The notes under the pieces are model-generated. The model had not been told where the DNA came from. It saw only the letters and a program-made list of their open reading frames with translations, and ran no database searches. The translations under genes and the position numbers were made by a program. Positions 48,872-59,900 of a stretch of 64,000 nt of DNA are shown in pieces. Source of the DNA: a virus. Position 1 is the first letter of the stretch; each line of letters opens with the position of its first letter. The DNA is taken from the IMG/VR virus record IMGVR_UViG_3300034061_001913, positions 1 to 64,000 of that record, one strand, 5' to 3'.

Positions 48872-51800
48872 TTAGGAAGGTTTTTTGCCTTTATTACAAG
48901 AGATTTTATCTTTATCTTCAATGTTGTTTAGGCTTTGACCTAAACTTGCGTCACTGAGTTTTAATTTACCTCGACTAGGTTGCTTACGTTCATCAGCTTT
49001 TTTTTCTTTGCCAGGTAAAGTAAGTTTTTGTTTAGGGCTAGCTGGTTGTTGACCAAGTTCTGATTCTGGAATAAACCAAACATCATCAAAGCTTTGTCCA
49101 TAATCACCTTGGAAGTTTTCATCATACTCTTCACCAAAGTCTTCAAAAAACTCAAATTCATCTGTAGACACTTCAGATTGTAGAACATTGTTAACTTGGT
49201 CTAAACCAAAGTTTTTAATATACAGAGAAGAAACTTTTTTACGTTCTAACTGATCGTATTCGTTCTCTAGAAAACTAATAATGTACTCTTGAAACTTCTT
49301 GTCGTTATCTGTATTTTTTTCAGCATTAATGTATGGCAAGAAATTTTGAATTGCATTGTTAAAATAAGGAGCACTTATACTAGCTGAGATAATACTTTGG
49401 AGAGTGTTACGTTGAAGTTTGAATCCTTGGTGAGCCATAACTCCCATAGCCAACTCAAAGAAGAACTTGCGAACATCTTGAGTTATCTCTTCAGTATCTC
49501 CTTGGAAGTTATTTATAAGACCAGTTAGTTCGTTGTTAAACGCATCTACCGCATCGTTAGAACCAGTTTGGATAAGAACAGGATAGTAGTAAGTTTTAAC
49601 TCTTTTGTTCTTAGGATTAGTTATGTCTACTTTTCTAAAGAATAGATATTTAGCAAAACTGATATTTTCCATTATCCAAGTATAGCTTTCCTCTTTAGAT
49701 TCAGTCATTTTAATCCAACGATCCATCAAAGAGTTTGGATTATTCTTTTGTAGTAGGCTAATTGGCAATGCTTGTTCAACAGACAAGTCTCCTACTCCTC
49801 CATAATTCCAGAACAAAGATAATATAAAATCGTCGTTAAAGTTCCTAATATAACTTTCAGCTTTCTTACCTCTAACTAGGTATCTGTATTTAGTCGCTAG
49901 TAAAGCTTCCATGTGAGAAGCAACCACTTCTTTATACTTTGGATTACCGGTAATAGCTAACACGTTTTCTAATACGGTATTACCAAAGTTAGAAACGTTA
50001 AAAGGAGAAACTACAGATTCTTTTACAATGTAATCTAGAGCCTTTTGGTTAAATATCTCATTAACAGGTTGATTTTCTATTGTCCCTTCTTTGATAAACT
50101 TATACTGGTTGTACATTGCTTGTCCAGATTGGAATGTGGTTGTATTCAAATCTAGATTTTGGTTCAAGGTAACTACTGCAGAGTTTTGTTTTTCTACAAC
50201 ATAGTATTGAGCCAAAGTAACAAGTTGTTTTAATAAGAAGTCTTTATCCTCTGCTGTAAGTTCTCTCTTGGCAAGAGTTGTGCTAAATTTAGTTTCAGCT
50301 ACGTTCTTAATTGACGGAGGCATTCTTGTGAAGGCAGTTTCAAAGTTAAGGTCAGAAAGTATTTTTGGCCCATGATTAGTAAGTATTTTAGATATAGTTG
50401 CTTTTAAGTCAAGAACCGGTCTACCTTTTTCTGACTTCTTCATCACCTTTAACTTTGAGTCAACTCTTGCAATAGTCTTCTCTAAAAAGTCTACAAACAT
50501 AGCATCTTTGCTACTTAATTTTCCTGACACAGCTTGTTTGAATTTACCTTGTTTAGATTCTCTAAAGAACTCATTCATAACAGGCTGAAGCAAAAGAACT
50601 ACAGCAGATTCCATACTAGAACCATTTAATGTAACCATTTGGTGATACAAAGCAGTTCTAACTTTATCCGCAAAAATGCGGTTAATCCAGTCTTCTTTCT
50701 CCGCATCCACACTACCATTAATGAACTGACTACCAACATCGCTAATCAAAACATTATCTACTGTGTATCTATTACCCAAAGTAATAAAGTTATTCTCATC
50801 TCTTCTGGCCGGTAAGAAATAAAGGTTATAGAATGGGTCCACAAATCGTAATCCGCTTTGCTGGAATAGTTTGTGCATCGCATTAATCTTAGCAGAGATA
50901 CCCAAAGGACTCTTAGCTCCAACTACTTCTCTTTGAATCCTGGTTGAAGTCATTGGCATAAATATCTCGGCTCCTCTAATCTTTTTAGAAATGTCTTCTA
51001 CGTTAGTGTACCTTTTGCTAGAACCTTTTTGTTCTTCTACTCTATTATAAAAGTCTACAATAAAAGAGTGCAAGTAGTCATTGTTGTTAGGTGCAGTCAA
51101 AGACTTAAACATAATAGGCTGAGACATCATGTTAGAAACCGCTTTAACAAAGTTATTATGCGAAGTGGCTAACATTCCTTCCGGAACCTTTTTAAGATCT
51201 TTAATAAAGCCTACTAACTCTTTGTAAGAAGCCTGAAGCTTTTCAAACTTAGCAAAGAATAATGTATCTAGGTCGCCTTCTTTTCTAGCTTCTGCTGCTG
51301 CTTTCTTAGCTTCAATTATGTCTTGTTTAAATATTGCTATTCTTTCTTTTACTTCTTTGCCTTTTTGTGTAGTAGGTTTAAACTTTAAGTTATATAGCTT
51401 GTGAAGAATTGCTTTGTCTTTTGCATAGAGTGTGTTATAAAACTTGTATGAGTCAAAGTATGAGTTGTTACGCATCTCTACCTCTAACGCATCCATCTGT
51501 TCTACTACAACAGATATAAGTTCCTGGTATCCTTCTAGTGCTTTAAGGTTTTTGTTGTACTCCTCTACAGAGTAAGGTATATCAAACAACTGTCCATCTT
51601 CATTATAAGAAGGTTCATACATGAACAGTTTGTCAATATCAAAGTCAGATCCAGACTTAGTAACAATGTCTGGGTTAACTATAATAACTGGACCTGCAGA
51701 AGTAGGCAAGAATTCTCTAACTCTAAACATCTCAATAGAGTTGTGACCCTGTACAGGGATACGCACACCTACAATTGTGATTTTTTCTTTGTTAGCTTCT

Positions 51801-54800
51801 ACCCACGCATCATCCATTAACGCTTCATTCAAACGTTTGAGGTCAGCAATCTTTGCTCCTTTATAGTTTAGGTTAAGTAAGGCTGCATGTTTATTAGGAT
51901 TAAAAGCAATCTTAACATCTGCAGGTTGAACTTTACCGTTTTCTATTCTGTAGTTTCTAAGGTTGTTAACTCCAAACTCTTCTAGTTGCTCAGGGGTTGG
52001 GTTTTTAAATCGGCCACCCTTTTGGCTATAACCAGTAGAAGCTGTTTGGATATAAGGCTCTCCGTTTAATTTTGGTCTAATGAGTTTTTTGTTAAGAGCA
52101 GAAACAAAGATTCTTTCAGCTACGTTTCTGTAACTCAAACTATCCAAAGACAACGGATCTTCTTTCTCAGATTCTGTCTGCAGGAAAGAGAAGAAGTCTT
52201 CTCGTATATCTTGTTTCTCTGCTTCTTTCTGTAGCCATTTGTAGAATTTATTTTTGTCAACACCAACTACTTTTCCTTTGTCTAGAGTGATGCCCATTGC
52301 TTTGGCCATATCTAGTTGTTCTAGTTCTACTGTGTGACGAATAGAATCAACAAATGCTTTTCTAGCTTCTTCTACTATTGGAGCAAACTCTTCAGGATAA
52401 TCTTCAGAAAATTCTCCATTCTCAAAGAAGTCACCAAACAACAGCTTAACAAGCTGAGTAGACAAAGTAGCTTCTTCTTTGAATTTAGGTGCTATGTACT
52501 GCTGCTCTCTTAATCCTTCTATAGAGTATGTACCTACGATGTTAGGGCTAATCTTGTTAACCTTCATGTCTTTGTCGTAAATTTCATACTCCGGATAAGG
52601 GAATGCCATCTTTTGTCCAGAACCAAAGGTGATAATATCTGTTCCAGATTCAAACATGCTTTCCATTACATCCGCTAAGTCAGTGCTTCCTAAACCTGCT
52701 CCGATAACAACAGAAGGCAACAAGGTATGCAAAGAGAACTTACCTAGTAGAGTGTCTTCTGGGTTATTTAGTTCTGCTCCATACAAACCAGTTTTTAAAG
52801 AAGGAATCAAACCTATACCAACACTATTAATAAGGTCTTCTAGGCGAGCTTGTTTTCCTTCTAATGTTTCTCCTAAATCTTCAAAACTTGTTATTCTTCC
52901 TGAAGCTTTTTTCTTTCCTCTGCTTTCTTTAATCTCTTTGTAGAGTCTGTAAATCTCAACCTCTTTCTTATAGGCCTCTTCTAGAGTAGGAGACCATCTG
53001 TCAATAGATTTTAGATATACTCTAACAAAGTCCAAGTTACCCCAAGCTTGTGCATCTGCTTCTTTCTTTTGGTTAGCATAATCCTGGTATCTAGCTTTAA
53101 CTAAGTCTTTTAGTTTGTTAGATTTTGTGTTTGATAATTCTTTATACTCTTTAGAGTCTATGCCTTTAGTAGCTTCTACTTCTTTGAGAATTTGTATCTC
53201 AAAGTATTTCATAACAGACTCTTTGTTGTTTTGGTGAGGACCAAGATCTTTTGCAACAACAACTTTGATTTCTGAATTGTAAGCTCTTTCTGCTTGAGTT
53301 GATATTTGTTCAAGCTCTCTAGTTATTCCTAAAGTTTGTAGCTTATTAAAGAACTCTTGACTAACTAGAGGCTGTCTTCCTGGAGAAGAGGTAAAGCCCA
53401 AACGTTTAAACACTTCTTTGTAGCCTTTACCTTTAGTCTGATAGTTTCTTGGGTTGCCCACAAATAAGTGTACAATTTCTGTCTGGTGGACAAAGTAGTT
53501 TGTTAGGTAGAACTTTAGTTTGTCTTTAATCCATTGAGCATTTGTAATGTTTTCATTAGGCATCAACTTAGCAAAGGCTCTAACCATCTCTTTGTCTTGA
53601 TTTTCTGGAGAGAGTGTGTTAAAGTTTTTAAGCAAAGAATACTTCAAAGCTTCGTAGTGTTTATCTATAGCATTGTTAAAGTAATCAGCTATTTCCTCTC
53701 TTACGGCTTTTCCGTAATCTCTAAACCCTTTGCCTTCAATTGCATTTTGCTTTAGTTGGCTCTCAAGCTCAGGAGACAAGATACCATCAAAGATTACAAA
53801 CTTTCTGTCTTCTTCTCTTCTTGCGTTTTTAATTTGATCCATCTCATACCGCAAGTAGCCAATCATAGCACTCATAAATTCTGGTGCATATTCTTCTGTA
53901 AAAGACTCTTCCGGAAAGAGAGTAATGTTTTTCTTGTTTCCTTTAAACTGAATTGAGTAAGCAGAAGACTTGGCTCCAAATCTTAGGTTCTCAACTAATC
54001 GTATTTTAAGGAAAGAAAAGAAGTCATAGGCCAATTTATCTTCTGGGGATAGGTCAACTGCTTTACTACCTCTAGTAGTATCTGAGTTCCCTTGAATAGA
54101 CATACCTTGCCAACCTAATAGAGACAGTTCTTCTTTCTCGTTCTCTACACCTCTGTTACGTTTTTTACCGTTCTCTCCAAATAACTTCTTCATAAATACA
54201 GAAGAAGTGAAGAAACCGTTAGTAACCATAGAACGAGTCTGTTCATTCTCTTGCAAGTCTTCTACGGTCTTTGCAGCATTGATACGGTTAATCTTATAAG
54301 ACAACTCATTCCATTGATGCATACCCCACTGAAGTTCTCCTTCAATGTTAATGTAAGATTGGTCTCCATAGAATTGTTTTAGGTCATCGTAAAGAGAAAG
54401 AATGTTATTGGCTGTAGATTTTATATTTTGTATTTTAAACTTATCTTCTTTCTGTACTAGGGAAGTGTTTATTCCCATGCTTTGAAACACAGAAAGTACT
54501 GCTTTGCTATAGTTAGTTGTTAGTCTACCTAAAGGACGAAGTATTCCCTCAACCTTATTTGCTGAATATAAAGTCTCTTGTGCTATAATTCTTGCAAAGG
54601 TTTGAATAGCCAACTCAGACAAATCAGCTTTTCTGCTTTTTAGTTTAGCAGTTTCAGCATAAGGAGTAAAGTCCATGTTAAACACATCGTTAAAGAAAGT
54701 GTATATAGTTTTACCGTCTACACTTAATACATCTGGATAAGAGTCAAAGAACTTGGTATAGTCTTGCACAATAGCTTTTGTGTTCAATATAATCTCTCCA

Positions 54801-56944
54801 GTTTTTGGATCTTCTATCCTATACTTTCTGTTAGCGTCTACTGCAAACTGGTTGTCTAGTTGTTCTTTTACTTTAGCTCCTCCAGTAGTATTAAGCTCAA
54901 ACAAGTCCATTTCATAAACGGTAACAGGGCCACCTTTACTTGCAACTGTTTTAGCTTTAACTCTTAGTCCCCAAGGAACAATTCTTGGAAGAGACATAGA
55001 CTGTTTAAAGGCTTGGATAAGTTGTAGGTCTTGGTCAGTAGTTGCTTTCTCAGTACTCTCTGGTAACTGTTTTAATAAGTAACTAAACTGAGGAAACTCT
55101 TTTGACAACTCTTTTACCTTTTCTATCATTTCCTCATAGGAAACTTTTCCTGACAAGGCATTCAATAGAATGTTGTAGTTAGTGTTGTATTCTCCAGAAA
55201 GAGGAAGCATAAACTCGCTACCTCTAGCTAAAGCTGGAGTTCCATCTACAGACATATCAGGGTCTATTTTAGGCAGACCTTTAATGATAGAAATAATAAT
55301 AGGAGATGCTACCTCTTTAGGGTTTATATCTGCTGCGGTTTTGTTTTCAAAATCTTTTGAAGAACGGCCTCTCTCGTTTTCATCTTCAGGAGTCATTGCA
55401 GACTCTACCATGTTTTCATAGTCGGCCAGTTCTTTATTTAGAAACTTACCATGCCATGATTTAATGTCATTCCACATATTGATGACATTAAAAAGATTCA
55501 CTAGCTCGTTTCCAACACTATCAGGATCTTCTAGGTATAAAGCTTTTCTTTCCTCAAACAAAGCAGTTAGAGAATCTTTCATTCTATCATACACTTGTTT
55601 TTTGTACTCTCCTCGATTAAGAGACAAGAGGTCAGAAACTTTTAAGCCTAAATCATTTAAAGCTTGGTAGAACATATAGTTCAAAGAACTTACTAGTTCT
55701 GCACCTTCAAGAGAGTCAAACTCTAACTTATCTATAACTGCTACTCTATAGTTGTTGTTGCCTAGGTTAACTAAACGAACTACAGTATCATCTAAAAGTT
55801 TATATACACCGTCTTTGTAGTTTTGGTCTAACTGTATTTCTCGAAGACCATTCTTAATTGCCAGATTAATACTGTCATCTAGTCTAAGTATCATATCTGT
55901 ATAGAACTCTTCTGAGAAAGATTTAGACAAATTTAGACTTGCCCATTCATTATGTTCGAAGTTTTGTTGGGCGTTTATTTTACCGGTTTTAAGAACACTA
56001 AACCATTCTTCAACTATACCCTTAGACTCTTGTGCTGTTTTTCCTTTAAAGATGTAGTTAAATAGATCAACAATCTTTTTGAATAGCTTTTCAAGAAACG
56101 TCCTTTGTGGAGTATACTCGTCTTTAGCATTCAACATATACTCTCTAAACTCTTCTGCTAAAACTTCTTCTGCTTGCTTTCTAGTTAGTTGACGATATGG
56201 AATCTCAACCCCATTAAAGCTATAAGTTCCTACTCTGTTTCGAACCTCTGCATAGATAACGTTTCTTTGTGCTTGAGTTAAATAAGTCTGAGTAAAGTTG
56301 TGCCAGGCTTCATGATACAAATCAGTATAGTCGGAACCATTATATAGAATAGTAGCATTTGCAGTCCACTGAGCTAAAGAATTGTTATTAGCAATTCTTG
56401 TTGCTACAACAAGAGGAGTAGCTTTAGATAACTCATTAGTTCTGAACCACATTAAACCCCTAGCTTGTTGTGCTGCTGTGGGTTTCATACGTTTACGATA
56501 CTCTCTTTCTTCTTTTATGTTTCTTTTGTCTGAAGCGTTTAAATCGACTTTGATAGTCTGAAGACTTTCCATGTCCTTAAAAGCACTCTCCAAAAGATTC
56601 TCTACAGTCTTTTTGTTGTTTTGTTCCAAGAAAGACTGCATAACAGAAAACTGACTAGGCTTAGGTAGTTTGTTTTGTTTGGCTTCAGAAAACACTTTTT
56701 CAGAATAAGCCTTATAGTTGTCACCTAAAGCAACTGCTTTTAGCTGTAAAGCTTTAGCTCTACTTCCAGTATTATCATAAAGGTCTTCAAAGAAAAAATC
56801 TCTTTCCCCGGTAGGAGTTTTATCTAAGGAGTGTCCGTTATTGACATCCCAAAAATAATATGCAAGAGATTCACCTACTACATTTTCTAACTCAGAGAAT
56901 TCTTTTTTGATTTGAGGATCACTGAGTAAAGGACATATCGACAT
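48872..56944 (-). CDS. virion-packaged two-barrel RNA polymerase (crAss-like) with N-terminal zincin domain
   Basis: RIP.QG.NS...GSDFDIDK catalytic motif; DAQ; VDAEK; LYHEAWH. Confidence 0.92.
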   Translation of the reverse strand: MSICPLLSDPQIKKEFSELENVVGESLAYYFWDVNNGHSLDKTPTGERDFFFEDLYDNTGSRAKALQLKAVALGDNYKAYSEKVFSEAKQNKLPKPSQFSVMQSFLEQNNKKTVENLLESAFKDMESLQTIKVDLNASDKRNIKEEREYRKRMKPTAAQQARGLMWFRTNELSKATPLVVATRIANNNSLAQWTANATILYNGSDYTDLYHEAWHNFTQTYLTQAQRNVIYAEVRNRVGTYSFNGVEIPYRQLTRKQAEEVLAEEFREYMLNAKDEYTPQRTFLEKLFKKIVDLFNYIFKGKTAQESKGIVEEWFSVLKTGKINAQQNFEHNEWASLNLSKSFSEEFYTDMILRLDDSINLAIKNGLREIQLDQNYKDGVYKLLDDTVVRLVNLGNNNYRVAVIDKLEFDSLEGAELVSSLNYMFYQALNDLGLKVSDLLSLNRGEYKKQVYDRMKDSLTALFEERKALYLEDPDSVGNELVNLFNVINMWNDIKSWHGKFLNKELADYENMVESAMTPEDENERGRSSKDFENKTAADINPKEVASPIIISIIKGLPKIDPDMSVDGTPALARGSEFMLPLSGEYNTNYNILLNALSGKVSYEEMIEKVKELSKEFPQFSYLLKQLPESTEKATTDQDLQLIQAFKQSMSLPRIVPWGLRVKAKTVASKGGPVTVYEMDLFELNTTGGAKVKEQLDNQFAVDANRKYRIEDPKTGEIILNTKAIVQDYTKFFDSYPDVLSVDGKTIYTFFNDVFNMDFTPYAETAKLKSRKADLSELAIQTFARIIAQETLYSANKVEGILRPLGRLTTNYSKAVLSVFQSMGINTSLVQKEDKFKIQNIKSTANNILSLYDDLKQFYGDQSYINIEGELQWGMHQWNELSYKINRINAAKTVEDLQENEQTRSMVTNGFFTSSVFMKKLFGENGKKRNRGVENEKEELSLLGWQGMSIQGNSDTTRGSKAVDLSPEDKLAYDFFSFLKIRLVENLRFGAKSSAYSIQFKGNKKNITLFPEESFTEEYAPEFMSAMIGYLRYEMDQIKNARREEDRKFVIFDGILSPELESQLKQNAIEGKGFRDYGKAVREEIADYFNNAIDKHYEALKYSLLKNFNTLSPENQDKEMVRAFAKLMPNENITNAQWIKDKLKFYLTNYFVHQTEIVHLFVGNPRNYQTKGKGYKEVFKRLGFTSSPGRQPLVSQEFFNKLQTLGITRELEQISTQAERAYNSEIKVVVAKDLGPHQNNKESVMKYFEIQILKEVEATKGIDSKEYKELSNTKSNKLKDLVKARYQDYANQKKEADAQAWGNLDFVRVYLKSIDRWSPTLEEAYKKEVEIYRLYKEIKESRGKKKASGRITSFEDLGETLEGKQARLEDLINSVGIGLIPSLKTGLYGAELNNPEDTLLGKFSLHTLLPSVVIGAGLGSTDLADVMESMFESGTDIITFGSGQKMAFPYPEYEIYDKDMKVNKISPNIVGTYSIEGLREQQYIAPKFKEEATLSTQLVKLLFGDFFENGEFSEDYPEEFAPIVEEARKAFVDSIRHTVELEQLDMAKAMGITLDKGKVVGVDKNKFYKWLQKEAEKQDIREDFFSFLQTESEKEDPLSLDSLSYRNVAERIFVSALNKKLIRPKLNGEPYIQTASTGYSQKGGRFKNPTPEQLEEFGVNNLRNYRIENGKVQPADVKIAFNPNKHAALLNLNYKGAKIADLKRLNEALMDDAWVEANKEKITIVGVRIPVQGHNSIEMFRVREFLPTSAGPVIIVNPDIVTKSGSDFDIDKLFMYEPSYNEDGQLFDIPYSVEEYNKNLKALEGYQELISVVVEQMDALEVEMRNNSYFDSYKFYNTLYAKDKAILHKLYNLKFKPTTQKGKEVKERIAIFKQDIIEAKKAAAEARKEGDLDTLFFAKFEKLQASYKELVGFIKDLKKVPEGMLATSHNNFVKAVSNMMSQPIMFKSLTAPNNNDYLHSFIVDFYNRVEEQKGSSKRYTNVEDISKKIRGAEIFMPMTSTRIQREVVGAKSPLGISAKINAMHKLFQQSGLRFVDPFYNLYFLPARRDENNFITLGNRYTVDNVLISDVGSQFINGSVDAEKEDWINRIFADKVRTALYHQMVTLNGSSMESAVVLLLQPVMNEFFRESKQGKFKQAVSGKLSSKDAMFVDFLEKTIARVDSKLKVMKKSEKGRPVLDLKATISKILTNHGPKILSDLNFETAFTRMPPSIKNVAETKFSTTLAKRELTAEDKDFLLKQLVTLAQYYVVEKQNSAVVTLNQNLDLNTTTFQSGQAMYNQYKFIKEGTIENQPVNEIFNQKALDYIVKESVVSPFNVSNFGNTVLENVLAITGNPKYKEVVASHMEALLATKYRYLVRGKKAESYIRNFNDDFILSLFWNYGGVGDLSVEQALPISLLQKNNPNSLMDRWIKMTESKEESYTWIMENISFAKYLFFRKVDITNPKNKRVKTYYYPVLIQTGSNDAVDAFNNELTGLINNFQGDTEEITQDVRKFFFELAMGVMAHQGFKLQRNTLQSIISASISAPYFNNAIQNFLPYINAEKNTDNDKKFQEYIISFLENEYDQLERKKVSSLYIKNFGLDQVNNVLQSEVSTDEFEFFEDFGEEYDENFQGDYGQSFDDVWFIPESELGQQPASPKQKLTLPGKEKKADERKQPSRGKLKLSDASLGQSLNNIEDKDKISCNKGKKPS

Positions 56945-56970
56945 ATTTATTAGTTATTTACTTTGTAAAG

Positions 56971-59900
56971 TTATATTGTATTTGACTTTTTTCGTATCCT
57001 GCTTTGATTATTTTTTGCGTTTTTCTCACAATTGTTTTTCTGCTTTTCAGCAGCTTCAATTTGCTGTACGGTAAGACTAGCAGCAAGTGGACTATAGTTT
57101 TCTTTTTCCTCTTGACTTAGTTCAGGTTCGGCTTCTTGTGTAGGTGCAACTTCTAAAGCATTTAATTCTGTAAACAGCGCATTCACAAAGTCTTTTATAC
57201 CTTTAGATTTAAGTTGACTTGGTGCTCTATTGAACGAGTCTTTACCTTCATAAAGAGTGCTTATCATATCATATAAAGCAGATATAACACTTTCCTTAGC
57301 CTGCTCAAACGCTTGAGGAGTATTGCCAAACTGAGAAGCTAACAATTTTATTCCTGCTTCTACACTTGTATTTTTAAAAATACTCTCTTTATTGTTTTCT
57401 AGATATTCTTTTAATCCAAGATTAAACAGTACTTCTTTCTTATTATAAGTTTTTACTTGATCTGCTTTATTTAAGAAAGAAGGGAAGCTAGTAGTCACTT
57501 CAACTTTAGTATCTGTTTCTTTAGTTATTGTACCTAGTTCGTATTTTAATCCTACTAATGAACCAGAAGTAGAAGCAGCTTTTTGTTCAACAGGTTCACT
57601 TTTTTTACCAGCTAACTCTTGTTCAATCAAATAGCTAATTCCTGCAAAAAACCTAATATCACTTCCTGGGTCTGTAAGATACTTACTTAATCCTGTAAAA
57701 GAACCGCCATCAGGATAGATAGTTGTTGTTTCTCCATTTTCAAAGGTAACATCAAATGTGTGTTGAGGTTTTGCATCTTTTAGTCCTTCTCTTGTAACAA
57801 TTTGTGTTTCTTCAACATTGATCTTTATTTCTTTTATTCCTCCAAGTGTATCAATTACTTTTTTTGCAAACTCTTTTCTTTTGCTTTCTTCAATTCTTGT
57901 AGGATTAAAGTCTGTTACAATAGTTTCAGCAGGTTTAGCTTCTACAGGAACTATGTCATAAACATATAGCTTTCCTTTTCCATTAACCCAGTCTTTAGTT
58001 TGTTTGTACATAAAATCATTTTCAGACTTTACACCCTCAGACTTAATTATTGCATCTTTACCACCAGCTTCTTCAATTGTAAGGGCCCCTCTATTTGTTA
58101 CCTTAAAATCTTGACCGTCAAAATTTACAATAGCAGATTGACCTACAGGTATATTAATTTGTTTAGCTTGAGCAGCACTTCTTACAGTAGTTGTTTTTAC
58201 TCCCGCTTTTATTTTTTTAATGTTGTCTGGTTGCATTTGTATTTCAACCTTACTTTCTGTAGCGGGGGCAACAGTTTCTAGAGCAGCTAGTTCTGCATCA
58301 TACTTAGCATTAATTTCTTCTGTAGAAGGTAGTAATTCTTTCCAATTAGGTAATAAATCATTCAGCTCTTCTATTGAGTAAGCACCTCTTCTTATTAATG
58401 TGTCTAATGTTTGGTAATTAGCCCCTTCTCTATCATCATTATTATATGCTTTTTCAACTATCTCTCTTGTTACATATCTTTGAATGTCTCCTCTAACTTT
58501 AGCTCTATTATCTCTAAGTATTGGTATAGAATATACTTCATTTTTAACTGTAGAACCATTATTGTTTTTTAATTCCTCTTGTCTTCTTTCTTCAATAGCA
58601 GCTTTAGCATCTGTAGAAACAGGAGCAGGAGCTTCTTCTGCAGGTTGAAGAGTGACTACTTGTTTTGTGCGAAGTTTTGGTTTTGCGTTTTCTTGCAAAG
58701 AAGGAATAACAAGAGTTTTATCTACCGGTATTGGAAGTGCAGGTTGTCCATTTTCTGTAAGAATGGTTGCTGAAGTAACATTAAAGGTTTCTTCATCCTT
58801 AAAGGACAACTTTATGTACATTATATTCAAACCAGGAGTAATACCATACTGTCTAGCAAACATTACACCATAGGAGTTCTGTTGGCTTATGTGTTCTGAT
58901 TTAGGATTCTCTGCCATACTAACATAACCATTGGCTTCACTGCTATAACCTAGTATATTTTCTTTAACCTTCTTATACCACTTAGATGTTTTAAAGTCAA
59001 CTATATCCACTTCTCCGGTTTCTTTGTTGATGAGAAGCATATCTATTGCACCAGCAATTTTAGCATCTTCATCCCAAAGAATAATTTCATCAGTGTTTAT
59101 AATGTAGTTGTCTTTTAACGCATTGTAAATAACAGTAGCTTGGTTTGTTATAAACTTAAAAGCAGCTGCAGATAATAAATCTGGTTTAGTTGGAGTCCTA
59201 CCTGCAAAAACATCTCTAAGAATTGTGTCTATAGCTCTACCAACTGTAGTTGCTCTCTTTGTAGCAAAAGACTCTTTGTCTCCTCCAAAGTCTATCTCAG
59301 AAGAAACTCTTTCGTAACGGTTTCCGTCAATTAAATAATAAGAAACTTCTTTACCGTTTTCGTCTACCTCTTCAACTAGTTCTGCTCTTTTTTTGTTTTT
59401 AGCTATCTTGTCTAGCAACTCTTGGTTTCCTGGAGCTTGTCTCTTACTATCAAGAATAGCAAGAGCTTCGTCGGTTTGGTCCTCAGTCAATTGCTCTTCT
59501 GCATCTTTTAGACTTAGTTTACCTGCAGGACCTTTCTTTTTAGCTGGTGTTTGTTGAGGTCCTGTTTTAGCTTTTGGTTGAGGAGCAGCTTTTGTCTTAG
59601 AAATAGAAACCCCCATATCAAATATGATTCTTTGGTTTCTTCTTACACCCGGAGTGTTTCCTGTCATGTAAACTTTGTTGGTTGATTTAACAAAGTCTAC
59701 ATAAGTTTGGTCTTTAACCTTTACTACTTCACCTTCTTGCATAGAGAATCTAGGGACCATAGAGTTTACTTCTCCTTTAGATACGTTATAATACAACTCT
59801 TTAAATAACTTGGTGAGTTGTTCTTGGTTAAGTTGTGAGCCACTAACTCCAGGAATAAAAGGAACAAGTTCTTGAGTTTCTTGGTCAAAAGCAAAAACTA

